This document shows, one piece after another, positions 53,187 through 64,000 of a stretch of 64,000 nucleotides of DNA. The stretch covers positions 50,034,001 to 50,098,000 of the forward strand of contig OX597820.1 in NCBI GenBank assembly GCA_951406725.2, read 5' to 3'. The notes under the pieces were generated by a model that was not told where the DNA came from, did not search any database, and saw only the letters and a program-made list of their open reading frames with translations. Source of the DNA: Octopus vulgaris. Lineage: Eukaryota. A program made the translations under genes and the position numbers. The first letter of the stretch is position 1, and every line of letters starts with the position of its first letter.

Positions 53187-53992
53187 AGAATAACTTAGAG
53201 CAACACGAAAAGGATGAACCCATCAAAGGAACACAATACTATTTCTAGTAACACAGAATCCGCATCACCGAGGCATTTTAACATCTTCAAAACAAATTTG
53301 CCAATCATAAAACAGTGAAAAATTAAAAAACCTAATTAATCAAACACTTATCGTAAGCAAAAGGCGACCACATATCTTAAAGAAACAACTAACAAAGGCA
53401 AAATTCAACATGAACAAACAGGATAACACATTCACAGTATGGAAGTGTAATGATAACAGACGTGGAACGTGTCAATACATACATACGGGTAGAACGAAAA
53501 TGGACAGATTTTCGCAAATGCTGATATGAACTGCAAAAGCAGAAATTTGGTCTACTGCATTAAATGCGAGGAATTATATATAGACAAGACAGGGAATGCA
53601 GTACTGGAACGTGCACGAGTCCACAGACAACAAATCAGGAACACTAATGTTCGCCAAATTCCACTGAGCGAATATATAGCGACATGTGGTCAGAAAATGT
53701 TTCTAATTTTTCTTTCCCACGAATTACATGATGCACGTGGGGTTGGAAGAAAGATAAAAGAAAAACGGTTTATTAAAATGTTCAAACCTGTTCCGAACGG
53801 AAATAACAGCAATGATATAACAACCAGTTAATGATGTGGATTAATAATTATAATCAAGTTACAGAATATCGGTACACCTGGCAAAATATGATGCTTAAGA
53901 GCGTGTGGATTGCTCAAAAAGGTATTCTAAAAATTCAGCTGATTGGAGCGTTCTGAAGTTGTCAAGAACTCAACTGTCAGTTAAACACATTT

Positions 53993-54032
53993 GCAATCTG
54001 ATGAGTACACTATGTATGAAAGCTCTAATTAC
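53993..54032 (+). ncRNA. Type-I hammerhead ribozyme-like motif in the PLE 3' end
   Basis: GCAAT-CTGATGA-GTAC actat GTAT-GAAA-GCTC-TA-ATTAC: canonical core, about 165 nt after the GIY-YIG stop codon. Confidence 0.7.
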
Positions 54033-54125
54033 GTTAAAATACTATAATAAAACACGTGAAAACCAGACTATTTTAACTTTATTCAACTGATATGTTATTG
54101 TATACACATTCACACAAAATCGAAA

Positions 54126-54170
<45 letters not shown>

Positions 54171-54627
54171 ATAATAATATTAGGGAATAAATCCAAACTT
54201 AGATTTAGAATTAAATCCAATTTTATAGTATAAATATATTATATAATATTATATTGATTTAGAGATAAAACCACTATTAGGCAAATCAAACAGTGAAAAA
54301 TATTAGCCAATACATGTACACACACAACCAAACACATTCATATTTATTGACTTAAATATACTACTTTTCGTTTGTTTGTTTGTGTGTCTGTGTGAGTTTG
54401 TGTGTGTGTGTATGTGTGTTTGTGTGTGTGTGTGTTTGTGTGTGTGTATATATATATATAAGTACAAAGTGAGATAGGGGTTATGAGTGTAACCCACTAT
54501 GGGATATCATTTATCCAATATACTGCCAGTAAAGTACACAGAAAGGTTAATACATAAATGCTAAGAATTGCAATAATCTATTCCTCCATTTTTTAAATTA
54601 TATATATATATATATATACATATATAT

Positions 54628-54777
54628 ATCTGTAAATATAAAATGTGACAATTATTCGGTAGACATGATAAAACTCCGAGTTTCGGATGTCAGGGCGGAA
54701 ACCCACGCCGCCATCTTGTCAGTTATCCGGCCATCGAAACATGACTACCGAATAATTACCACATATATTTACAGATA
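54628..54777 (-). ncRNA. Long hairpin capped by a type-I hammerhead-like motif (54667-54727)
   Basis: Arms atctgtaaatata...aattattcggtagacatg and catgactaccgaataatt...tatatttacagat. Minus strand: GATAA-CTGACAA-GATG...CATC-C-GAAA-CTC g GAG-TT-TTATC. Confidence 0.6.
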
Positions 54778-55090
54778 AATTCCTCTATTTACATAATATC
54801 GAGGTCTCTCTCATTCTTTTGTTGTCTTACCATTTCTATCAATATATTTATATATATCATATATATATATACATATATAGGCATTGTCAATAGAAAAAGA
54901 AGGGTACTCTTAAAAATTATAATAGTAATATATTTAGAACGTTGATCGTTATGGCCGGTCAGAGAGCCACCATTCGAAGGATGCGTCCTCAGTCATTTGC
55001 GTTTGACGAGTTACTTAAAGAGCTAAGCACTTCACTAGTGCGAAACAAATGATCACACTCTGACCGGACATAACAGTCAGCATTCCTAAA

Positions 55091-55203
<113 letters not shown>

Positions 55204-55213
55204 GCCTGCCTGC

Positions 55214-55287
<74 letters not shown>

Positions 55288-55356
55288 GTTTATCTGTCTG
55301 TCTGTCTGCCTGCCAGTCTGTCTATCTGTCTATCAGTTCGGATCAAAAAAAAAAAA

Positions 55357-56455
55357 ATGAGTCCAGGCGAATTGCGCCGCGAGTGTCGCGTTGCTCTCAA
55401 GCAACTCTGCCGTCCCGGGTCGACCTTGAGTGACTGCATCACAACCAAAGCATTCTATAGGGGATTAGTGGAGGGGAGGTACGACGACGAGCTTGGGTCG
55501 AACCTGGCCGTTGACGAGGAATACCTGCCCCGCCTGTTCGGGACGACTTTCGGGCCAGGGCCCATGGAAAACTTCCAGATATCCCTGGCCTGGCAGTGCT
55601 ACCGAGAAGCGCTACCCGTTCGGGATAAGCTCTACAGACACGGCTCGAGAAACACGGGGCCGACCTGCCCGAGATGCGGTCAGAGCGACGAAACCGTTCT
55701 GCACGCACTCGTGCAGTGTCCAACAATTTCCGACCTGTGGGCTTATGTCGAACAACTGCTGTCACGTGTGGGACGAGTCGGTTTATCAGCTGAGTCTATC
55801 GTCAATATTGTCACGCCTCCTTCCTTCAAACGGGAAGGAAGAGCTATTTTCATCATCCTTGTGGCTATGGCGAAAGAATGTATCTGGTGGACGCGTCTGA
55901 AAGGATTGGAGACAAACACTTTCCTCTCTGGTCAATCTCTCATCAACTTCTTCAAGTACCACTTGAAAAGGAATGTGAGAGTAGAGAGGCAAGTTTTGTC
56001 TAGCGAATGTTTTAAAAAAAGATGGGCGAATGTAGCAAGGATGGCACGTATGAATGACGAAGCCACCTTGAGCATAATCCTATGAACCCAGAAATTGAAA
56101 ACAGAGGGTTACCCACTTGCAAACAAATGTGGTAACACATAACAGTATTGACCGAGGTTACCGTGGTCTTTTTCGTAGGCTTTTCTACCCACGGATAAAC
56201 CTTATCTGCTTCCCCCTTTACACCGTACATCATGACACTGTGATACACGATCCCTATTGATCGTTTTTTTTCCTCTTCCCCTTTTTTCCTCTTTTTTCTT
56301 TTCTTTTCTTTTTTTCTTTTTTTTTCTTTTTTCCCTTTTACGATCCCTTTTGATCGAAAACCTACGCTACTTTTTTTTTCTCATCCCCCAAAAGAAAAGC
56401 TCTACCTTGTAATTTGTCCCATCTGTGTGCAGCCCTGTGTGGCCAATAAATAAAC
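55357..56455 (+). mobile_element. 5'-truncated Tx1-clade LINE (ORF2 C-terminal CCHC domain plus 3' UTR) inserted in (TATC)n
   Basis: Open 242-aa frame with [10 protein letters not shown]...[19 protein letters not shown] (zf-RVT-like). Pyrimidine-rich UTR, then aataaa. (TATC)n on both flanks. Confidence 0.88.
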
Positions 56456-56531
<76 letters not shown>

Positions 56532-56574
56532 ATGTACATATATATATAAGTATATATAATTATATATACACATG

Positions 56575-56930
56575 TAGGCGCTGGAGTGCCTGCCTGGTAA
56601 GTAGCTTGCTTACAAGCATCATGGTGCCGCGTTCAATCCCACTGTGTCACACCTTGAGCAACTGTCTTCTACTATAGACTCGGGCGGACCAAAGCCTTGT
56701 GAGTGGATTTGGTAGACGGAATCTGAAAAAAACCTGTCGTATATATATATGTGTGTGTGTGTTTGTGTGTTTGCGATTGTCCTCCAGCATCGCTTGGCAT
56801 TACTGGATCGGCAAAAGAGAGCCATAGTATATGTACAAGGTTTACAAAGAATAAATCCTGGGCTGGACTTGCTCCAGCATGGCTGCTGTTAAGTGACGGA
56901 AACAAGTAAAAGAATAAAAGAATAAAAGTA
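56575..56930 (+). mobile_element. CORE-like SINE
   Basis: Homology to the other copies in the window. Confidence 0.75.
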
Positions 56931-56980
56931 TATACATATATACATATACTTGCAAACATTCATACACACACATATAATGG

Positions 56981-57032
<52 letters not shown>

Positions 57033-57084
57033 CATAAATATATAGACTTTTATCTCTCTCCCTCTCTCTGTATATATATATATG

Positions 57085-57182
<98 letters not shown>

Positions 57183-57721
57183 ACACGTTGTATGTCTCTT
57201 CTGCTTTTTAATTATTATTTTGTTAATTATTATAAATCTTCCAATGAGGAGGGGGCGGTTTCCAAGCAAGATACAATGTGCATGTATGTATGTATGTATG
57301 TTTGTATGTATGTATGTATGTATGTATGTATGTATGTATGTATATATACCTGTATGTATGTATGTGTGCATATGTATGAATGAGTCTACATGTTTGTTAC
57401 CTGCGCGTACACTTGTTCATCTGTTTCTATCTTCCAACGTGCATGCGAGGGAGGTAACATAACTTTCATGTCGTTGAGTTGCCTCCCTTGTACACCTTGA
57501 CTTACCTGTGTTTATATAGAAACGGTAAATATGGTTATAGTAATCTAAGTTCAGTGTAGAGTAGGCCTAATTCTTTGGTGTGATGATGTTGTATCATTAC
57601 TACTAGCGATAGCAATATAGCTGCAACAGTAATAACAGCCGCAGCCTCAGAGTTTTGTCATTTATGTAAATTTCAATAAGAATTTCTGAGCCGTATTGTG
57701 TAAACTCATATATCTGCGTAC

Positions 57722-57732
57722 GTGTGTGTGTG

Positions 57733-57790
<58 letters not shown>

Positions 57791-58000
57791 TATACATATA
57801 TATATATACATATATATGTATGTACGTATATATATATATATGTATGTATATATATATATATGTATGTATATGTATGTATGTATGTATATATATATGTATG
57901 TATGTATATATATATATGTATGTATGTATATATATATATGTATGTATATATGTATGTATATATACATATGTATGTATATATATATATGTCTGTATGTATG

Positions 58001-58058
<58 letters not shown>

Positions 58059-58136
58059 TATTGTATGTATGTATATATATATGTATGTGTGTATATATAT
58101 ATGTATGTATGTATATATATATATATATATATATAT
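57722..58136. repeat. Degenerate (TA)n/(TATG)n tract
   Basis: Directly visible. Confidence 0.95.
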
Positions 58137-58822
58137 CCTTAAGCTGACTGAATTGTGACTTGTTACGGAGTCCAGAATACAGTTAGATTTGAATCGTTAA
58201 AGTGTGTATGATACGCTGCACTAACATCTTAGCTTCGTATACACTCATTACACAGCAGTCTTCGTGAAGCGGTGACTTGACGGATTCGTTAGGATGCCGG
58301 ATAAAATTGTTAACGATATTTCTCCCGCTTTACGTCTTGTGCACAAATGCTGCCGAAATTTGCCTCGTTAACCACTTCGGGATCGATAGAAATTAGTACC
58401 TAACTGGTATTGCTGTAATCGACTATCCCACCCCATGAACTTCCAAGTCTTTTACCTATAGTGGAAGGATTATGTTATAACATTTGCTTAGTGTTTTAAG
58501 GCCTGTTTTTTTGGGTGTGACGACATTGTATCTCAACTTATTTGTCAGCTCCCTTGTTGAGAAGGGACTCGGCGAATGCAACGAATGCCGAAAGAGATGC
58601 GAAAAAAAAAAAAAGAAAAGAAGGAAAACAGAAAGAAGGATAAAATCTATACGTCAGTACGCTGGTGGATCTTTATTTATTGACACCTGCGCGTGGAAAG
58701 CGATTTTGGACCCGGAGGAATTCGAAGTTAAGATATCAAAAGCTGGACATGTGCCGCACACATTTTCGCAATTTTCGTAACTGACCGCCTATGTTGGTCT
58801 TACATTCCTTTATATCATATTT

Positions 58823-59200
<378 letters not shown>

Positions 59201-59459
59201 CTACATAATAATGTGAGGTCGCATGGCTGTTGCACTTCATCTCACGTTGCTCTGCGATCACTTCAGCAATTAACGCGTGGCATACTTGTGCACCTGTTCA
59301 GGCAACGTTGTTTTGATGGCGAGAGTGAGATACTGTACAGAACGAATATTTGATCACTATAAACAAATAATTTGTGTAGGTCAATTGGCAAAAAGCTGAA
59401 CGCTCATACGTCATCTTCGAAGGGAGAGTCCCACATTGCATCATACATTACATCTTTTT

Positions 59460-59985
59460 TTTATTACTTGTTTCAGTCATTCTGACTGTGGCCATGCTGG
59501 AGCACCGCCTTTAGTCGAGCAAATCAATCCCAGGACTTATTCTTTGTAAGCCTAGTACTTATTCTATCGGTCTCTTTTGCCGATGTAAACACGCCAGCAT
59601 CGCTTGTCAAGCGTGTCAGTCTCCGTCTACCAAATCCACTCACAAGGCTTTGCCCATTTGTTGGTGATTCCTTATTTCTCGTCGATGGCACCTTTGCACC
59701 ACCGAGGAAGCAGCCCCCCCTCCCATGGAGATGTAAACACGCCAGCACGCTTGTCAAGCGATGTTTTGGAGACAAACACAGACACACAAACATATATATG
59801 CACACACACATATATATATACATATATATGACGGGCTTCTTTCAGTTTCCGTCTACCAAATCGACTCACAAGGCTTTGGTCGGCCCAATGCTATAGTAGA
59901 AGACACTTGCCCAAGGTGCCACGCAGTGCGAGTGAATCCGGAACCATGTGGCTGGCAAGCAAGCTACTTACCACCTAGCCACTAC
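59460..59985 (-). mobile_element. Rearranged CORE-like SINE carrying a captured ~70-nt LINE segment
   Basis: Family homology, a duplicated gatgtaaacacgccagca..gcttgtcaagcg, and 59658-59728 matching 61865-61935. Confidence 0.75.
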
Positions 59986-60236
59986 TGAATATCATAACAA
60001 GATATTCGATAACATTACAGTATGATATGATTTAATTTAATACTAAATCTGGCAGATCCTCATGTAATGTATTTGCTTCTTAAAAAGAATTAAATAAATA
60101 AGTATTTTCCTATTGTTGTGGATGTTTTCACGGCTTTTGAAATCCAGGGTCATTCTCTAGTGTTTCAATATAAAGTAGAGAAAGAATTTTCTGTTTGATT
60201 TTCTGAATGCTCACATGATGAGTGGCCTTACTCGGT

Positions 60237-60310
<74 letters not shown>

Positions 60311-61611
60311 GTGGTGATGGTGGAAAGCCAGTATGACAGTCGGTCGAGGTACATTTTCATGCCTTCTGCGTGAGGAACAATGACATCGCTACCATTGAGA
60401 TTTGAATCTTCATGCGAAATTTAATATCAGGACTCAGCGAGCCAGAAGAAACACCGCAAGTTATCTCGTCAGACAAACTAACAATTGCATCAATTCATTG
60501 CTCTGGACTGGAATTATATTATCTATCTGAAAAGCGTAAAAAGTAAAGCTGACCGCTGTGGGATTTAAACTGAGGGCACAGAGGGCAGGAACAAATATTG
60601 TCATGCGTTTTATTTGACGCTCTAACGAATCTGCGCTGGTCAGTTAAAAAAAAAACATACATTCTATAAATATATACACTCAAACACATGCACGCACACA
60701 CACATATATCCATGTACACATACATACACACACACGCATATAAATGTATATGAGCATGTATTTGTGTGTATTAGTGTGTATATTAATGTATGTGTGTCTG
60801 TGTGTGCCATAACGTTCACGTGCACTCAACCTTTAGTTTCTTTAACAGCTGTGAAGATATCAAGTAACAAACAAATTGGAATTATATGCTAAGATACTGT
60901 ACAAGCATTCTTGCACACTTCCCAGTTTGTTCCACCCCAAATTACCCCTGGATCAGTAGTCACAGGATTTTTTTGTTGTTTTTCTCTCAAGAAACCTTGT
61001 TGAGTAAAGCTATTTAAAACGTTGCCTATAGTTTCCTAATCCGTCTTCATTTAGTATTTGTAGTTTATCTTTGACAAGAATAAATACTTGCAGAGTGTTG
61101 TGTCATTATCTATGAACACACACGAAGGAAATTATTCTTAATTTTAGAAACTTAAACACTATAATAATATTCTTTTTTTAATTTTTGTTTCCATCGTTTT
61201 CAGATACATTTTTTTTTCTATTTCTGTTCTGTCAAAGATAAATAGACGAATACACTAGGTTTTCAGTACGTGCATTGACACTATAATCTGTGGCGATATC
61301 AAATATAGAGATTGTCGTGAACCAATATTATTCAGATGTTCTTTCGTTTTAAAAAACTTGTCTACGTTATTTCCGGTCCTCAAAAAGACACGATAGAAAT
61401 ACAGACATAGAATTGAAACACAGTGTGTAGAATCATCATAAAAACATAACATATTAATCTATATCAGAGAATTTCCTCCAATTAATTCGAGATTTTAGAT
61501 AAAGGACTATGATAGAGCTGTTTTGATTAATTTCATTATTGCATGGCGTCGACAATTTGGGAAACACAAAGTACAATTAATGTAGTAAAGTCGGTCCTAA
61601 CATATTTAATA

Positions 61612-61663
61612 TGCTGGTGATAGTGGTGATGGTGGTGGTGGTGGTAGTAGTAGTATTAGTAGT

Positions 61664-61695
<32 letters not shown>

Positions 61696-61726
61696 CAGCA
61701 GCAGTAGCAATGGTAGTAGTAGTGGT

Positions 61727-61823
<97 letters not shown>

Positions 61824-62075
61824 TGGAGGCAAGCGCTGTAACGGGGCATTGCTGCATCCACCAATTGTTGGTGATTCCTTATTTCTTGTCGATGGCACCT
61901 TTTCACCACCGAGGAAGCAGCCCTCCAACTCATGGGTCTGTCTGGGCAGTCAATTCTGGTGACGGTTTTTCGAGATCGGAGTGCAAATCCTAACTCGACT
62001 GCTTTTAATGGCCTTTTACAACACACAGGGAAATTGTTGGGTCTCTTCTTTCACATGACAGTCCACACGCAGCAT
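61612..62075 (-). mobile_element. RTE-like LINE 3' end with expanded (TAC)n/(TGC)n tail
   Basis: Minus strand shows decayed C..CKRP...SR.G.HS (RTE C-terminal zinc-knuckle-like), then a UTR ending gcgcttgcctcca(tac)n. Confidence 0.5.
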
Positions 62076-62092
62076 AATACGTTGAACCAAAT

Positions 62093-62470
62093 AAGGCGGC
62101 GAGCTTGCAGAAACGTTAGCACGCCGGCCGAAATGCTTAGCCGTATTTCATCTGTCGTTACGTTCTGAGTTCAAATTCCCCTGAGGTCGACTTTGCCTTT
62201 CATCCTTTCGGAGTCGATAAATTAAGTACCAGTTACGCACTGGGGTCGATATAATCGACTTAAGCCATCTGTCTGTTCTTGTTTGTCTCCTCTGTGTTTA
62301 GCCCCTTGTGGGTAGTAAACAAATAGGTTCAAATTCTGCTGAGGCCGACTTTGCCTTTCATTCTTTCGGTATCAATAAATTAAGTACCAGTTACGTACAT
62401 TGGTTGATCTAATCGACTGGCTCCTTCCCCCAAAATTTCGGTCCTTGTGCCTAGAGTAGAAAAGAATATG
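62093..62470 (+). mobile_element. Meta-like SINE dimer
   Basis: One head and two bodies with different tails. Confidence 0.85.
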
Positions 62471-62509
62471 TTGAACCAAATTAATTCTTAATCCACTTAA
62501 ATGATTCTT

Positions 62510-62697
62510 TGATTTGTTTCAATCATTTGACTGCGACCATATAGGAGCATCGCCTTTTTGTCAAAGAGATAGACTCCAGGACTTATTCTTTGTAAACCTA
62601 GTACTTATTCCATCGGTCACTTTTGCCGAACTGCTAAGTTACGGTGACGTAAACACACAGTAATAGTGGTGGGGGATACACACACACACATACACAC

Positions 62698-62783
<86 letters not shown>

Positions 62784-63031
62784 GGATGGATGGATACATA
62801 CATACATACATTCATACATATAGGGCACGAAATTTCTGTGACCCTTGTTGGATGTTACCCCACCGTTGCTGGTAGTAAAGCCCCAACCTCCATAACATTT
62901 TAAGCTTCAGGGCCCCAATATTGCAGATCCGCCACTGCCCGAAGCTATAGTAGAATACACTTGCCCATGGTGCCATGCAGTGACACTGAACCCGGAACCA
63001 TGTGGTTAGGAAGCAAGCTTCTTACCACACA
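62510..63031 (-). mobile_element. CORE-like SINE split by (GATA)n and a DNA-transposon-like fragment (about 62822-62937)
   Basis: SINE 3' part at 62510-62700 and head at 62940-63031. The intervening piece ends agatccgccactg (hAT-like terminus, weak). Confidence 0.6.
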
Positions 63032-63529
63032 ATTCAAAAAATCAACCCTGAGAAATTTTACCAAATCATCTATGGATATAGTGCTTAGAATTCTATTCGT
63101 TGACATAATCCCAATATTGAAGATGTTATCTGCTAATTATCTCTTTGGAAGAATATGAAATACGTGTCAGTTTCAAAGAGAATTCCACGACGTAAAAACA
63201 CGCCATTATGCTTCATTATGCATAAAACAAATTCAGTGAAAATCAGTTTTATTGAAAAAAATGTATATTGTATGGTCTGAACTGTTGCATTTTTTACTCA
63301 AGTTTTATAAAATATCAAGGGGTTACTCAGATTCATCGCAAGCACTTGCATCAAAAACTTCTAGTAAGAGCCAACGAGGAACCTTCTACCGATCGAAGGA
63401 AGGAGGTAATATTCGGTCACTTAATCTGCTAAAAGCATGGAACTTGCTCCAAAAGCATATTCAAATGAAAAAAAAATGATATATCGGATAATATAGTTAT
63501 CGTTACAATATATCTGACACACACACACA

Positions 63530-63599
<70 letters not shown>

Positions 63600-63601
<2 letters not shown>

Positions 63602-63745
63602 GCTCTGTTGAGAAGCCTTATTCCCAACCACACGGTACCGGGTCCGTCCCTCTGTGTGGTACCTTGGATAAGTGTCTTCTACTATAGCCGAACAGAGCCA
63701 TTGTGAATGGATTTAGTGGACGGAAACTGAAAGAAGCTCGTCATA
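63600..63745 (+). mobile_element. CORE-like SINE 5' half
   Basis: accttggataagtgtcttctactatagcc...ggatttagtggacggaaactgaaagaagc. Confidence 0.7.
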
Positions 63746-63749
63746 TATA

Positions 63750-63948
63750 TGAGGTGTTGCTGAAAAGTTCCTGGCTTTAAGGGTGTCACGAAAGGACTGG
63801 TTGGAGACCCAATCTTCCGAGTTCTTTTACAGGGATTAAAAAAACTTAAGGACCGCTGCAATAAGTGTGTGAATCTGAGAGGGGAATATATCAAAATTAT
63901 AATTAACTGATCCACCTGTATTTTATTTTACTTTTCAGCAACCCCTCG
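63750..63948 (+). mobile_element. ~200-bp mariner-derived MITE with TA TSD
   Basis: TIRs tgaggtgttgctgaaaagt and acttttcagcaacccctcg. Internal DRCNKCVNLRGEYI matches a mariner transposase C-terminus. Confidence 0.85.
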
Positions 63949-64000
63949 TATATATACATATTTGTGTGTGTGTGTGTGTAACTGTGTGTTTATGTGTGTG

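Larger units (their letters stand above)
51290..54128 (+). mobile_element. Near full-length, decayed Neptune-type Penelope-like element
   Basis: Collinear motifs IINLS...KGLKFTPTP, NISKLE..AL..L..D.TIIIKRSDKGG, FYGLPKINKS, GTAVGTRFAP.FAN, TDIYYKSRDTHLYLNFKSCHP, KCNDNRRGTC, NCKSRNLVYCIKCEELYIDKTG...RARVHRQQIR. Many stops. Hammerhead motif near the 3' end, then (TA)n. The 5' limit may extend to about 50300. Confidence 0.9.

Noticed and set aside
51290-53831. In-frame stops in the PLE as possible selenocysteine recoding (described for Naiad PLEs)
   Set aside because: The stops are of mixed types with frameshifts, and the endonuclease is C-terminal. This is ordinary decay.

Overview
Eukaryotic, AT-rich, extremely microsatellite-dense intergenic or intronic DNA. 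The tRNA-derived SINE families and (TA)n/(TG)n/(TATG)n/(TATC)n load look like an octopod cephalopod genome (inference). No host protein-coding gene can be supported, and most ORF-track entries are translated microsatellites. The window is a mosaic of mobile elements: two Neptune-type Penelope-like elements (PLEs; RT plus C-terminal GIY-YIG), older PLE remnants, CR1/L2-, RTE- and Tx1-type LINE fragments, mariner relics and MITEs, and many SINEs. Two signals stand out. (1) About 15 minimal type-I hammerhead-ribozyme-like motifs sit in short PLE-derived 3' modules from several families. Each family ends in its own microsatellite, (TA)n, (CA)n or (CATA)n, and several have a recurrent non-canonical CCGANGA core. 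(2) Two patches in the 3-kb 3' tail of the young PLE look like A-to-G hyper-edited RNA that was reverse-transcribed into the genome. All calls come from reading the sequence by eye. No database search or folding program was run, and element boundaries are approximate unless a TSD or TIR is quoted.
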